The notes under the pieces: generated by a model
Told to the model about the DNA's origin: nothing
Databases searched by the model: none
Seen by the model: only the letters and a program-made list of their open reading frames with translations
Shown: positions 42,755 through 53,637 of the stretch, piece after piece
Layout: every line of letters begins with the position of its first letter
Numbering within the stretch: position 1 is the first letter of the stretch
Assembly (NCBI GenBank): GCA_965224085.1
Contig: CBDCYI010000009.1
Span: 64,001-128,000, forward strand
From: Candidatus Marinacidobacterales bacterium
GTDB lineage: Bacteria > Acidobacteriota > Vicinamibacteria > Marinacidobacterales > SMYC01
Direction of reading: 5' to 3'
Length of the DNA stretch: 64,000 nucleotides
Position numbers and translations under genes: made by a program

Positions 42755-43152
42755 CGGCGAGATGGTCCAGTGGGACACGCCGATTCCACCGGCGGAGGCG
42801 TACGAGATCCTGGCCAAGATATCGACCTTCGAGGAGGCGGCCTCCTACAAGGTCGGCGAAAGCTACATGGGCAAAGACGTCTGGGCCATGGATTTGATGC
42901 CGCCGATTCAGGCCTCCCACTGGTCCCAAGCCAAGGCAACGGCGCTCAAGCCCACGGTGATCTACTCGGCTCGTCAGGACGCCAACGAGGTCTCCTCTAC
43001 CAGCCACGTGCTAAAGCTGGCGGAGCTTCTGTTGACGGATCCCGGGTACCGGGAAAAGCTGAACAAGGTAAACGTCGTCGTTCAGCCCATCACCAACGCC
43101 GATGGCGCCCAGCTCGCCTACGATCTGTACAAGATCACGCCCAACTTCATGC
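42755..43152 (+). pseudogene. M14 peptidase internal fragment
   Basis: GESYMGKDVWAMD, ARQDANEVSST, ITNADG. Confidence 0.75.
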
Positions 43153-43261
43153 GGTATTGTCAAGTTGGCGGATCGGGCCCCAATATAATGGAGTTCGAGC
43201 GTACACCGTCAACTACATCTTGCGGTCGGATTCGCCTGGGAGCTCTCAACTTGACAATACC
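43153..43261. mobile_element. 109 bp MITE with perfect 15 bp TIRs
   Basis: GGTATTGTCAAGTTG (43153-43167) and CAACTTGACAATACC (43247-43261); no TSD. Confidence 0.8.
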
Positions 43262-43289
43262 CCCTCCGGGGAGGAAAGACCGGAGTCTA

Positions 43290-43443
43290 TCGCACGAACG
43301 CTTATGGCAATCCATCGTACAACGTGGCTCCGGACGGAAAGAGGTTCCTCATGATTCTTCCCGGGCGCGAATCGAGCGCGCGCCTCGAAGTCGCGCCCGG
43401 CTGGCTCGAGGAGCTGGAACGACGGGTGCCGACGCATCACTAG
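43290..43443 (+). pseudogene. Kinase-TolB C-terminal stub
   Basis: SYNVAPDGKRFLMI..GWLEELERRVPTHH*. Confidence 0.75.
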
Positions 43444-43518
43444 ACAGACTAGACTGGCCGTGCCGCATCGCCCGGTCGAGCGCGGTGTCGTCGAGCCTGT
43501 CCGCAAAAGGGGGAAACA

Positions 43519-44568
43519 ATGAGTCGGGGAGTGTTGCTGAGCTGCTTGCTGGCGCTGGCGGAATTCGCCGTGGCGCAGCAAGCCGATCGTCCCGCGGCGG
43601 ACCACGTGCTCAAGCCCTCACCGCAGACGGTGGTGTGGGGATATTTCGATCCCACCTCCGCCCCGGTCCTTCGCATCCAATCCGGCGAGACAGTGGAAAT
43701 CGAGACGCTGAGCACCTCGAGCCCCGAACGACTCGAGCGCGAGGGTGTTCCTCCCGAGCACATCAAGCAATCGCTGCGGGATATCCATCGCGAGGTGACC
43801 GATCGGGGCACGCCCCTCCGGCGAGGCGGGCACATTCTCACCGGACCGATCTACGTCGAGGGCATCGAGCCCGGCGACGTCCTCGAGGTCCGGATTCTAA
43901 GGGTTCAGCTCGCCAGCCCGTTCGCTCGCAACGGTTTCTCGCCCGGGCGCGGGGTCCTGCCCGAGGACTTCCCCTATGCGCGCGGCAAGATCGTCCCCCT
44001 CGACGAAGAGAAAATGGTCGCGCGATTCGCTCCGGGCATCGAGATCCCCTTGCGTCCCTTCTTCGGCAACCTGGGCGTGGCCCCGCCGCACGGACGAATC
44101 CACGCCTCTCCACCCTGGTTTCATGGAGGAAACATGGACCTCAAGGAGCTGGTCGCGGGCACGAAGCTGTTTCTACCGGTGCACGTACCAGGGGCATTGT
44201 TTCAGGTAAGCGACGGCCACGCTGCCCAGGGGAATGGAGAGGTCGATGTGTCGGCGCTCGAAACCTCTCTCGTTGGCGTCTTCCAGTTCGTGACTCGCAA
44301 GGACATGCGTCTGCGCTGGCCACGGGCCGAGACGCCGACGCATTTCATCACCTTGGGGCTCGACGTGGACCTCGACGAAGCGGCGAAGCTGGCGGTGCGA
44401 GAGATGATTGACTTCCTGGTGAGCGAAAAGCACCTCACCCGCGACGACGCCTACATGCTCTCGAGCGTCGCCGTCGATGTTTCCATCACCCAGCTCGTCG
44501 ATGGAACGAAGGGTGTGCACGCCATGATTCCCAAAGCTATCTTCGTTGACGCTGCCGAGGACCGTTGA
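43519..44568 (+). CDS. Secreted acetamidase/formamidase family protein
   Basis: HILTGPIYVEG, HGGNMD, DGHAAQGNGE. Confidence 0.9.
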   Translation: MSRGVLLSCLLALAEFAVAQQADRPAADHVLKPSPQTVVWGYFDPTSAPVLRIQSGETVEIETLSTSSPERLEREGVPPEHIKQSLRDIHREVTDRGTPLRRGGHILTGPIYVEGIEPGDVLEVRILRVQLASPFARNGFSPGRGVLPEDFPYARGKIVPLDEEKMVARFAPGIEIPLRPFFGNLGVAPPHGRIHASPPWFHGGNMDLKELVAGTKLFLPVHVPGALFQVSDGHAAQGNGEVDVSALETSLVGVFQFVTRKDMRLRWPRAETPTHFITLGLDVDLDEAAKLAVREMIDFLVSEKHLTRDDAYMLSSVAVDVSITQLVDGTKGVHAMIPKAIFVDAAEDR

Positions 44569-44584
44569 ACGCGGGGCCCTAAGC

Positions 44585-46267
44585 CTAAGCCACCCACTTC
44601 GACACCGGCGCCTGCGCTTCCTGGAGTTGCTGGACGACAACATCCACGAGGGCGGGCCCCTCTCCGATCAGAGCCTCGCTCAGAGCTTCGTGAAGCTCCG
44701 AGGGGCTTTCCACCCGGCGTCCCCGAATCCCGTATGCTTTCGCGATGCGGGCGTGGTCGGAATCGGAGAAGTCGACGTTGTAGTACTTTCCACCGTGAGC
44801 CTTCTGACCGGCCTTGATCCATCCGTAATTCGCGTTGTTGAGAACGATGAGGGTTACCGGGAGATCGAGCCGCGCCAGCGTCTCCAGCTCGCCCACCGAG
44901 AGGCCGAAGCTACCGTCTCCCATGACACCGACGATACGCCCGGCATCGGGCCGCGCAAAATAGGCGCCGCAGACCGCGGGCAGAGCGTACCCCAAGGCGC
45001 CGTGGGCCCGCGGGGTCACGAACCAACGTCCCGCCTTGGGCAGCTGGTAGTAGGCGGAGAAATACGGGCAAGGTGTTCCGGGATCGGCACAGACCACGGC
45101 GTTGTCTGGCAATAGCGGCAGCAGCTCGGACAGAAACCGTTCGGGGCGGATGGGCTCTTCGTCGGAGGAGAAAGCGTCGATCCGAGACAAGCAAGCCTCC
45201 CTCCGCTTTCCGATGTCCTCCGTATCGACTTTTTCCGCCGAACGACCGGAAAAACGCTCGTCCAGCTCCTGGCCCAGTGCCGCGAGCCCCAGCTTGGCGT
45301 CGGCGACGATCCCAACCGCGGTATCGTAGTTGGAGCCGATGCGATCCGGCTCGACGTCCATTTGAATGAGCGTTTTCTCGCCGTTTGCCGGAAGGGTCCA
45401 TTTCTCCGTGGTAACGGATCCCTGGCGGCAGCCAACGTAGAGGATGACGTCGGACTCCCGCAGGATCTCGTGTCGGTACGGTAACCCCCCATTGCTACCA
45501 ATCACGCCCAGCGACAGCGGATCGGTCTCTGCAATGCTTCCTTTCCCGCTTACCGAAGTCGCCACCGGTGCGCCCAGGAGCCGCGACAGTGAGGTGAGCT
45601 CGTCCCAGGCAGCGGAGCGCAGCACGCCGGCACCGGCAACCACCAGCGGACGACGTGATCGGGCGAGAAGATCGGCAGCCTCCCTGATCACCTTGGGCTC
45701 CGGAGCGGATCGGTGCGCCGGATAGGAGTTGAAACGCGAATCGATGTACACGTCCTCGGGATCGACGTCTCCCGTCTGGACGTCGAAAGGGAGTCCCACG
45801 TGCGCCGCCCCGAGCTCGGAAGTTGTGGCGGTGCGAAAGGCGCGTCGCAGCGCTCGTGGGAGCTCACTCGCATGACCGGGAACGGCGGTGAACCTGGTCA
45901 CCGGCGCGAACAGGGCCCGTTGGTCTAGCTCGGTGAGCGCACCCCGACCGACATCGCCGGTACTGATATCGCTGGTGAGGCACACCAGGGGCACCGAGGA
46001 GCCGTTCGCCTCCGCCACGCCCGGCAAGATATAGGTCGCGCCCCCGCCGCTGGGGCCTTCGCAAACGCCGACCTTCCCGCTCAAGCGTGAATAGGCATCC
46101 GCCATGTAGGAGGCGGAGCGCTCATCTCGCGTCACCACGTGCCGTATCCCGTGATCGAGATCGTAGAGAGCCTCGTAGAGCGGCAGGGTGGTGTCTCCGC
46201 ACAGACCGAAAACCACGTCCACGCCGAGGCCTTGCAACATTCTGACCACACATTCGCTACCGCGCAT
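44585..46267 (-). CDS. TPP-dependent acetolactate synthase large-subunit-like enzyme
   Basis: RDERSASYMADAY, GPSGGG, GDGS..NN. Confidence 0.9.
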   Translation of the reverse strand: MRGSECVVRMLQGLGVDVVFGLCGDTTLPLYEALYDLDHGIRHVVTRDERSASYMADAYSRLSGKVGVCEGPSGGGATYILPGVAEANGSSVPLVCLTSDISTGDVGRGALTELDQRALFAPVTRFTAVPGHASELPRALRRAFRTATTSELGAAHVGLPFDVQTGDVDPEDVYIDSRFNSYPAHRSAPEPKVIREAADLLARSRRPLVVAGAGVLRSAAWDELTSLSRLLGAPVATSVSGKGSIAETDPLSLGVIGSNGGLPYRHEILRESDVILYVGCRQGSVTTEKWTLPANGEKTLIQMDVEPDRIGSNYDTAVGIVADAKLGLAALGQELDERFSGRSAEKVDTEDIGKRREACLSRIDAFSSDEEPIRPERFLSELLPLLPDNAVVCADPGTPCPYFSAYYQLPKAGRWFVTPRAHGALGYALPAVCGAYFARPDAGRIVGVMGDGSFGLSVGELETLARLDLPVTLIVLNNANYGWIKAGQKAHGGKYYNVDFSDSDHARIAKAYGIRGRRVESPSELHEALSEALIGEGPALVDVVVQQLQEAQAPVSKWVA

Positions 46268-46336
46268 GATCTGACCGCTCCTTCGCTCCCTTGACGGAAG
46301 CGGAACGTTCTGCTGGAAAAAAACGGCGTGGGCCCC

Positions 46337-46984
46337 TCACTTCCACGAATCCACCTCAAACCGATCGGCCGCCCTCTCGTCAAAGGCGACACCCGTCCCG
46401 GGCTCTTGCGACACTGCCAGAGTGCCGTCTTTCGCCTCGATGGGGTCCACGAGCACCTCGCCGAGGTTCAGCACGCTGAGGTCGGGAAAGTACTCCACCA
46501 TGACCGCGCTGGGAAGAGAGGCCACGATCGACGCGTGGAGGTGATGCATCCAGTGGGGATAAAGGGGAACGTTTCTCCCCGCCGCCATTCCGGCGACCTT
46601 GCGAAACTCGGTGATGCCTCCCAGTACGGTCGCATCCGGCTGAAGCATGTCGGCCGAGCCCTGTTCGAGCAGCTCAGCGAAGCCCCAACGGGTAGCCTCG
46701 ATCTCGCCGGTGGCAATGGGAACGCTCACCTTTCCCCGGATGGCGGCGTGGCCGCGGATGTCGTCCGGCATGAGGGGCTCCCGACGCCGCCTTCGCCTCC
46801 CGGACGAAGCGTTGTTTTCTCTCGGGCTCATGGCTTCGGGCCGAAGCAGTTTGATCGCCACGGTGCGCTCGAGGCGGGTGTCGAGGGCACGGTACAGAAT
46901 GCCCATGCCCCCCTCGCCGAGCTTTTCGAGAATCTTGTAATGGGAAAGGATGGCGCCTTCCAATGCTGACCTCCGATCGTTCAC
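46337..46984 (-). pseudogene. Chimera: Ser/Thr kinase N-lobe stub plus mandelate racemase/enolase C-terminal fragment
   Basis: LGEGGMG..VAIKLL; EPLMPDD..ATGE..QPDATVLGGITE..PGTG. Confidence 0.8.
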
Positions 46985-47123
46985 GCGGAGAGAGTGTGGA
47001 AGTATAAACGCCCTTGGTGAGGATGGCGAGCGAGATTTCGCGAGGGCACAAGAGCGCGGAGTCGAGATCTACCGGGACGGCACTCCAATCCCCTTTGCAA
47101 TGGACCTATTCTAAACGCTTTGT

Positions 47124-47190
47124 GCCGCTCCACGAACATGTAATACGGAACGGCGCCGAGCTTGACTTGTTCGGTCCACTTCCGCGCCCA
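47124..47190 (-). pseudogene. KamA-like radical SAM micro-fragment
   Basis: WTEQVKLGAVPYYMFVER. Confidence 0.5.
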
Positions 47191-47617
47191 GCAGCGTGAG
47201 CTCGGGCTTGGCACCGAGATGCGCCGCCGTAACGCCACGAAGTTGATCGAGGGCGGCTGCATCGTGACCCTCGGTACCGATAATTTCGCAGGCTCAGCGC
47301 CTGAGTTCGCTCGGACACCGAAGCGCATATCGTCGGAGCCGGGCATCGGAACCATCATTGCCATCGAGGGTTTGGTCGAGCTTGGCATGACCCCCTCCGA
47401 GGCGATCGTTGCAGCGACGAAGAACGGCGCTATGGCCTGCAAGGCTCTCGATGAGTTCGGCACCGTGGAGGCGGGCAAGATCGCCGACCTGCTGGTCCTG
47501 GATGCCGATCCCCTTGCCAGCATCTCCAACGTCCGCAAGCTCGGCACTGTGATGCGGGAAGGCCAGATCATCGACCGCCACAAGCTGCCAACGAAACCGA
47601 TTTTCTACAAGCGCTAG
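47190..47617 (+). pseudogene. Amidohydrolase C-terminal fragment
   Basis: LGTD, GMTPSEAIVAATKNGA, GKIADLLVLDADP. Confidence 0.8.
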
Positions 47618-47796
47618 GCGAATCTGGATCGTCGATCCTGGCGTCCTTGTCCAGGGAAAACAGGAGGGATCAGTGATGAGGAATCGAGTCTCTCTTCAGC
47701 CCCCAAACGGCACTGCCCGGAGCGCTCTTCGCTGCCTGGTGCGTCCTTGACCGCCGCGGGTTCGAGCGCCTACCGCCGCCGGAAGAGCTAGTACGG

Positions 47797-49318
47797 TCAG
47801 TCTCGATGTCGGACCACGCTGGCCGTCGTAGGCGCTGGATGTGCGCTGGGCTTTGCCGCATCCAGGATGAATTCCTTCACGTCTCCGGTGAATCTCGACA
47901 GCTCGAACTGAGGTGTATAGACCATGTGGCCGGCTTGGTAGTAGCGACGAACGATGTTTTTCCGCAACTCAGGTTTCAGGAGCAGTTGATCGAGCGCATA
48001 GTCTATGGTCGTAAAGGGACAGGCATAATCGTAGTATCCCGCAGCGACGAGGACCTTCATATTCCTGTTGTTCTTCATTGCTTCACTCAGGTTGGGCACG
48101 ACCGAGAACGGAGAAGGTCTTCCGCCCCATGCCCATGGGCGGACATTACCGCTGACGACATACGGTTTGATCGTATCGTACCCGAGAACGGTCCTGACGT
48201 AGTGGTTCAACAGTGGCGATAGAGTCCTCGTCAAATCATAAGCTCCGGCTTCGAATCGAGCATCCGAGCGGTGCAGACTCAAGCCTTCATCGCGCAAAAG
48301 TTCTGCTCTGAATTCCGCGGAAGTGATTCGAAGATTCTTCTCCATGATGAAATCTTCGGACAATCCCGTGTAGCGGGCCATCTGGCCGGCGATCTCTTTC
48401 TTTTTGGAATCATCGAGCTTGTCGCCCTTGATGAGCGCCACCATATAATCTTCGCTAGCCCATGTCGTCACTTCCGTGACCAGTTTGTCGAAATCCGCCT
48501 GCAAGTCGCCATCCAGCTTCTTGTGGTACCAGGCAGTCGTGGCGTAAGTCGGAAAATACTGTGAGAGGTACATAGGATTGTGCTTGCTCGTTCCCAGACT
48601 CTGCCAATCGTAAGCCGGCGAGATCAAGATGAGACCGTTTACATTCAATTTGATCCGACGATTGTTCTGTAACTCTTCCGCAAGCAGGGCACCGCGAACG
48701 CCACCATAACTCTCACCGGCCACGAAAATCGGCGACAGCCAGCGAGCGTTCTCGGTGATGTACATGCGAATGAAATCGCCAACGGACTCGGCATCCGCTG
48801 CAGCACCCCAGAATTGCTTGGTGTCCGCTCCTGGATGAGGAAAACTGAACCCTGTGCCTATGGGATCGATGAACACCAGATCGGTGAAGCTAAGCCATGT
48901 ATCCACATTGTCCACCATACGGGGTGGCGGTGCGGGAGTATTGCCGTCCTCGAGAAGCACGGCCTTTCGGGGCCCAATGGTCAACATATGGAGGTAGATC
49001 GAGGAGCTTCCCGGTCCGCCGTTGAAGCAGAAAGTCAAGGGACGAGAAACGGAATCCTCATCCTGCTTTGTGTATGCGGTGTAGAAAAAGTAGCCAATGG
49101 GCTTGCTATCTGCATCCGTTTGAATCATATAGCCTACGGTGGCGCTGTAGTTTATGGATTCTCCATCCACTGTAATGGTGTGCTCTGTCACCGATGGCGC
49201 TCTCAATTCAACGGGCTTGTCAGAGGTCTCTTCCTCTGCCTTCTGCTGAGCGAAGAGATAGCTGCTCTGCCAGCAAATCAGGCAAGTCAGAATACCTGTT
49301 AGCAAAGCAAAGGCCCCC
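47797..49318 (-). CDS. S10 serine carboxypeptidase (native start apparently lost)
   Basis: FNGGPGSSS, FIDPIGTGFS, GESYGG, AGHMVY; signal h-region without its own ATG. Confidence 0.8.
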
Positions 49319-49583
49319 GATGAGGTTCGTGAAGTAGTGATACTTCGCGGCGGCGACCGCGGGCGGGTCCTTGTCGATGCCAAGCTTCACCAGTCCGTCG
49401 GGATAGCGCTCGTCCTGGTGGTTCCGTGAGGACGTCGTGCCACACGCGATGGAGCGCTGCCTCGCCTTTCTCGCGGAAGGTCATCGCGGTGAGCCCCGAG
49501 AACGTCCGGCCCCATAGGCGGGTGGCGGTTCCGCATCTCCGCTTCAACGCTTCCAGTTCGGCGCCGGTCTCGGGGGTCTTCAT
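49312..49583 (-). pseudogene. N-terminal stub of a hypothetical gene coupled to the CoA ligase
   Basis: GGAGG RBS, MKTPETGAEL..; frameshift near 49428; abrupt join to the S10 gene. Confidence 0.55.
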
Positions 49584-51268
49584 GGGATCTCCTCCTTGTC
49601 TTCGCGTTGTGCGGGCGCGTTCGGCCGCCAGCCTCCCTTCACCCGATCGTAGGTGCCCGATCGGAGATCGGGCTTCGCCGCGATCAAGTCGGATTTCCTG
49701 ATCTTGAGGCTCGGGGTGCGGGGGAACTCGTCGACGAGCTCGAGGTAGCGCGGGATCTTGAACGGCGCGAGGTTGGCGCTGCAGTGCGCGAGAACGCGCT
49801 CGATGAGGGAATCGTCGCCACTCGAGTCCGGACTGAGCTTGAGGTACGCCTTGACCTCCTCTCCCCGGATCTCGTCGGGCACCGGCAGCACCGCCGCCTC
49901 GAGCACCTCGGGCACGCCGCGCAGTACGGACTCGACTTCGATGGCCGAGACGTTCTCGCCGCTGCGACGGACCATGTCCTTCATGCGACCCAGATACCAG
50001 AACCAGCCGTCCTCGTTGCGGTAGGCGAGATCGCCGGTGCGGAACCAGCCGCCCGGATGAAACGCGTCCGCGCTGGCCTCCGGAGTGCGAAAATAGCCCT
50101 CCAGGATTCCGGCGCCCCGGATGCAGAGCTCGCCGGTCGTGCCGTGGGGCACCGGCGAGCCGTCGGCGTCCGCCACCATCTCCTCGCGGAAGGCGACCGG
50201 GATGCCCACCGTCGCCGTGCCCGTCATCTCCTCGGCCTCCATCGGAACGTACAGCGCGCAGCCCAGCTCGGTCATCGAGAAACCCTGCCGGGCGAGCCCC
50301 CCGTAGCGCCGCTCGTACATCCGATAGTTCTCGGGGCGGTGGCTGTAGCACGACATGACGATGAGATCGTCCAGCCGATCCGCGCGCTCCGGCTGACGCG
50401 ACACCACCTCGGGAAAGTTACAGTACTGGATACGATAGCTCCGCAGCCAGTCGAGGAAACGGCTCGAGTGCATCTTGCGCGCCACGAAGGCGGTGGCGCC
50501 CTGCCAGCAACTCATGAGCGTGAGCCATTGCGCGTCAACGTAGTAGAAGGGCTGGGCAATCAGGATGCGGCGCAACCGATCCTGGAACTGCGCAGCGCCC
50601 GTGCGGCCGAACGTGAGCCAGTACCGGTGGGTCTGCATCGCACCCTTCGGCATGCCGCTCGTGCCGGAGGTGTATTGGATGTTCATGAGAGCATCGAGGG
50701 CGGGCGGCGCCGGCGCCTGGAAATCGGCCGGGGCGGCATCGACCAGGCTCTCCCAGTGGAGCGGGTAGCCGGCCAGCAGGCCTCCGGCGACGATCACGTG
50801 ATCGCGCGGCACGCTCGAGCCGCCCTCGATGGCCTCGAGCACCGGGATCAGATCGTCGGCGATGACGACGTGCGACGCATCGGAGTCGCCGAGCGTGTAA
50901 TCGAGCTCGCGCGGGGTGTAGCTGTCGTTGATGGGCACGGTGACCGCGCCGAGGGAGGCGAGCGCGAGCCAGGTCAGGGGATAGTGGCGGCCGGTGTGGA
51001 CCATCAGCCCCACACGACTCCCGGGGCCGATGCCGGTCGTGGTGAGGCCGGCAGCCGTCCTTCGCACCAGCCGCGACACCTCGCCGTAAGTGAGCTCCTC
51101 GGCGTCGTCGAAGAACACGAGGAACGCTCGCCGCGGATGCGACTGGGCGCGCACCTCGAGCAGGGCGGCGACATTAGCCGGCAGCGGCGCCGCCTCGATC
51201 GCGCGCATCAGGCGCTCGGAGTGCCACTCGGGATTCGGTCTCGACATCCTCCCCCAGTCGGCCGCCAT
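49580..51268 (-). CDS. CaiC-like acyl-CoA ligase
   Basis: YTSGTSGMPKG, FSMTE, FRTGD, RMKDMVRRSGEN, PRTPSLKI. Confidence 0.9.
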   Translation of the reverse strand: MAADWGRMSRPNPEWHSERLMRAIEAAPLPANVAALLEVRAQSHPRRAFLVFFDDAEELTYGEVSRLVRRTAAGLTTTGIGPGSRVGLMVHTGRHYPLTWLALASLGAVTVPINDSYTPRELDYTLGDSDASHVVIADDLIPVLEAIEGGSSVPRDHVIVAGGLLAGYPLHWESLVDAAPADFQAPAPPALDALMNIQYTSGTSGMPKGAMQTHRYWLTFGRTGAAQFQDRLRRILIAQPFYYVDAQWLTLMSCWQGATAFVARKMHSSRFLDWLRSYRIQYCNFPEVVSRQPERADRLDDLIVMSCYSHRPENYRMYERRYGGLARQGFSMTELGCALYVPMEAEEMTGTATVGIPVAFREEMVADADGSPVPHGTTGELCIRGAGILEGYFRTPEASADAFHPGGWFRTGDLAYRNEDGWFWYLGRMKDMVRRSGENVSAIEVESVLRGVPEVLEAAVLPVPDEIRGEEVKAYLKLSPDSSGDDSLIERVLAHCSANLAPFKIPRYLELVDEFPRTPSLKIRKSDLIAAKPDLRSGTYDRVKGGWRPNAPAQREDKEEIP

Positions 51269-51494
51269 TATACCGGGGTCGACTTGACAAGAACGGCTCC
51301 CGGTCGCGACTCGCTTACTTGTGGTGGTGTCCCGCTAAATCGATTTGTTCCGCAACGCCTTATGCTACTCAATGCTTCTAGGCGCTACCTTCGGGCAGGG
51401 GCTCGGGCTCGGGCACGGTGTGGAGCAGAATCCTGGTTTTCGAGACAGAAGTTAGCGAGACCCTATAACGAGTTAGCGCACCTTGCCGACGAGC

Positions 51495-51650
51495 TCATCG
51501 GTCGAGAACCACGTCGATACGTTCCAAGACTTCTTTCAATAGACGACCGGGTATCCTACTCACTTGCTCGGTGAAGAGAGCGCGATCGACCACGATGATT
51601 TTCGAAACGTTCGCTACGGAATCTTTCGGAAGACCTGATGCACGCGGTCC
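51495..51650 (-). pseudogene. mazF: MazF/PemK toxin C-terminal fragment
   Basis: SGLPKDSVANVSKIIVVDRALFTEQVSRIPGRLLKEVLERIDVVLDR*. Confidence 0.75.
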
Positions 51651-51824
51651 GGACCGGAGTCTTGACGCTTCACCCAGATAACGGATAGATTAGCTCCACG
51701 TTAGAGGTGGCCAATGGCCCTCGGTTCCGGTACTCGGCTTGGTTCCTACGAAATCCTCTCGTCTCTCGGGTCTGGAGGGATGGACTCCCCACGCCGGATC
51801 AAGAGAAAACGTTCTTCGTAATAG

Positions 51825-53094
51825 TCATCCGCGATTCGCTTTTTTTGTGGGCCACCGGGAGGGGTCGTAAAGGGTTCCTTGTCGAAGCATCGCAATGGCG
51901 ATGGGGAGAATGCGGTCCATGACGCCTCTGAGAGTTCTGGCATGGCTGTGGCCTCTGTCACGAAGCCGGTCGTAGTGTTCTTTGAAGTGGGGGTCGTGCA
52001 AAACGGCAGTGCGTGCCCAATGGTGGAGAGCATTATTGAGGGGCAAAGAGCGAGCTCTCCTCATCAGGATCGTTGGTCGCAACTGACCGCGCTTGCCGCT
52101 CTTTTTTGTGACAGGAGCAATGCCGCCGAGAGTCCTGAAGGCGTTGAGATTACGGAGCCGAATGGGGTCGTGGGCATAGCAGAGCACGGAGGCGAGCACG
52201 TAAGCACCGACGCCGGGCAAAGAGGCAAGAATGGCAGGGTCGGAGCAATGCTCGTCGGTTAGTGCTTGCACGCGCTTGAACCACTTCTCGAGATGCTGGT
52301 CGGAGGCACGACGATGTTGTCGAACGAGGAGCAACTGCTGGAGTAGTAGTTGGAGATGCTCGGCGGTAGCTTGAGTGGTTGCGGTTGCGACCCGGAGAGG
52401 TTTTTGTTTGAGGGTATCGAGGATCTTCTCGGGTTTTAGACGTCGGATGCGGTGTTTTTGAGCGAGGGTCTCAATGGAGTGGCGGCTAAGAGGGTTGGGG
52501 CTGGATTCGAAGAAGAGTTTTAGGAGCTCGCAGAAAAAAGCGTCGAGAGCCTTGTCCTTTGGCGCGAGCGAGACGAGGTGAGGCCAGCAACGAGTAAGGA
52601 GTTCTCGGATCTGCGAGCTGAGGGCCACATGGTTTTTGACGAGTTGGTCGCGGGTACTCAGCAACCCGCGCATAGCGAGGATCTCCGTAGGTGGGAGATG
52701 CAAGCGCTGAAAGCGGTGGCCGTCGGTTCTGAGCGAATCGGCGAGAACGAAGGCGTCTCGCCGATCATCCTTGGCGCCGCTCATAGAATGCCGGTCGCGG
52801 AAACGGTCGACCTGCTTGGGATTGATGGAGAAAATGGCGATGCCGTGGTCAAGAAAGAGCTCGACGACGGCCCCATGAGGTTTTTCGATCGCCACCGCGA
52901 TGCGCTCGGTATCTTGCGAGGTCTCTTCCAAAAGCCAGTCGATGGTTCCCGATAGTCCTTCGCGGCTATGGGGGGAAGCCTCTCTCCGCCAAGAAGTTAC
53001 CTTTGGCATCGACCACACTGGCCAAGTGAAGCCATTGACCCAGGTCGATACCGACGAAGAAGTCGTATTTGAGTTGATTCATGGAAGAACTCAT
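51825..53094 (-). CDS. IS110 DEDD recombinase split by one extra base in a C6 run near 52970
   Basis: FVGIDLG, AIEKP, KDDRRDA, LPGVG, APVTKKSG (catalytic Ser). Confidence 0.9.
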
Positions 53095-53114
53095 TTCCGC
53101 CAGCGCATGTGATG

Positions 53115-53250
53115 TTTCATCGGCCCCTGTACTGGCGCTCGAAGCGCAACTCCCCACTGGATGTCCATCACAAAAGAATTGCCGGCACGCATGTCCATTC
53201 CTGGCGCTAGGAGCGCAGGGCGACGTATGGCGTTGCCGGCAAGCTGCTGA
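53115..53250 (-). ncRNA. Putative bridge RNA (target- and donor-binding loops)
   Basis: Two stem/internal-loop/GCGC-hairpin units; four guide segments match the flanks and ends. Confidence 0.8.
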
Positions 53251-53289
53251 CGAAATCGAAAATAGTCCAAGCTCATCGTGATATTTGCT

Positions 53290-53637
53290 CTACCATGGCA
53301 ATCGGAGTTGTCGCGCGATGCCACGAGTTCGTGCTCGGTTTTTTCTCGGTAGTTTCGGGCGAAGCACGTCCGAGAGTTTTTCTCGAATGTAAAGAACATA
53401 AGGCGGGTCTAGATATTGACTTTGCACTTCCTGGAGCACAGGTGAAAAATAACGAAGGGAGCGAATGGGCTGCAGTGGCTCCTCATGTTCTTGTAGCTCC
53501 CTACGAGCGCAACCCAGAAGTAGGGCACACTCGAATTCGTGTAACGGGACTCCTTGGCGGTAGAGCTGCGTCGCGATGAAGCGGTCGTCGCGCCGTGGCC
53601 GTTGAATGAGCCATCGGGCCACTAGCTTGAATTTCAC
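53290..53637 (-). CDS. Conserved-looking hypothetical protein (passenger)
   Basis: QLYRQGVPL..ECALLLG..RR..PIRSLRYFSPVLQE resembles mobile-element accessory proteins. Confidence 0.6.
   Translation of the reverse strand: MKFKLVARWLIQRPRRDDRFIATQLYRQGVPLHEFECALLLGCARRELQEHEEPLQPIRSLRYFSPVLQEVQSQYLDPPYVLYIREKLSDVLRPKLPRKNRARTRGIARQLRLPW

Noticed and set aside
42762-44411. 549 aa ORF
   Set aside because: Accidental read-through of the M14 fragment, MITE, kinase stub and an off-frame of the acetamidase
49607-51574. Long antisense ORFs (also 6561-8090, 28593-30053, 60419-62422 and others)
   Set aside because: Shadow frames of recognisable high-GC genes on the opposite strand
51655-51695. CTTGACGCTTCACCCAGATAACGGATAG as the IS110 right end
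   Set aside because: Guide matches place the end at 51782; this may be the end of another element truncating mazF, but I cannot support a family call
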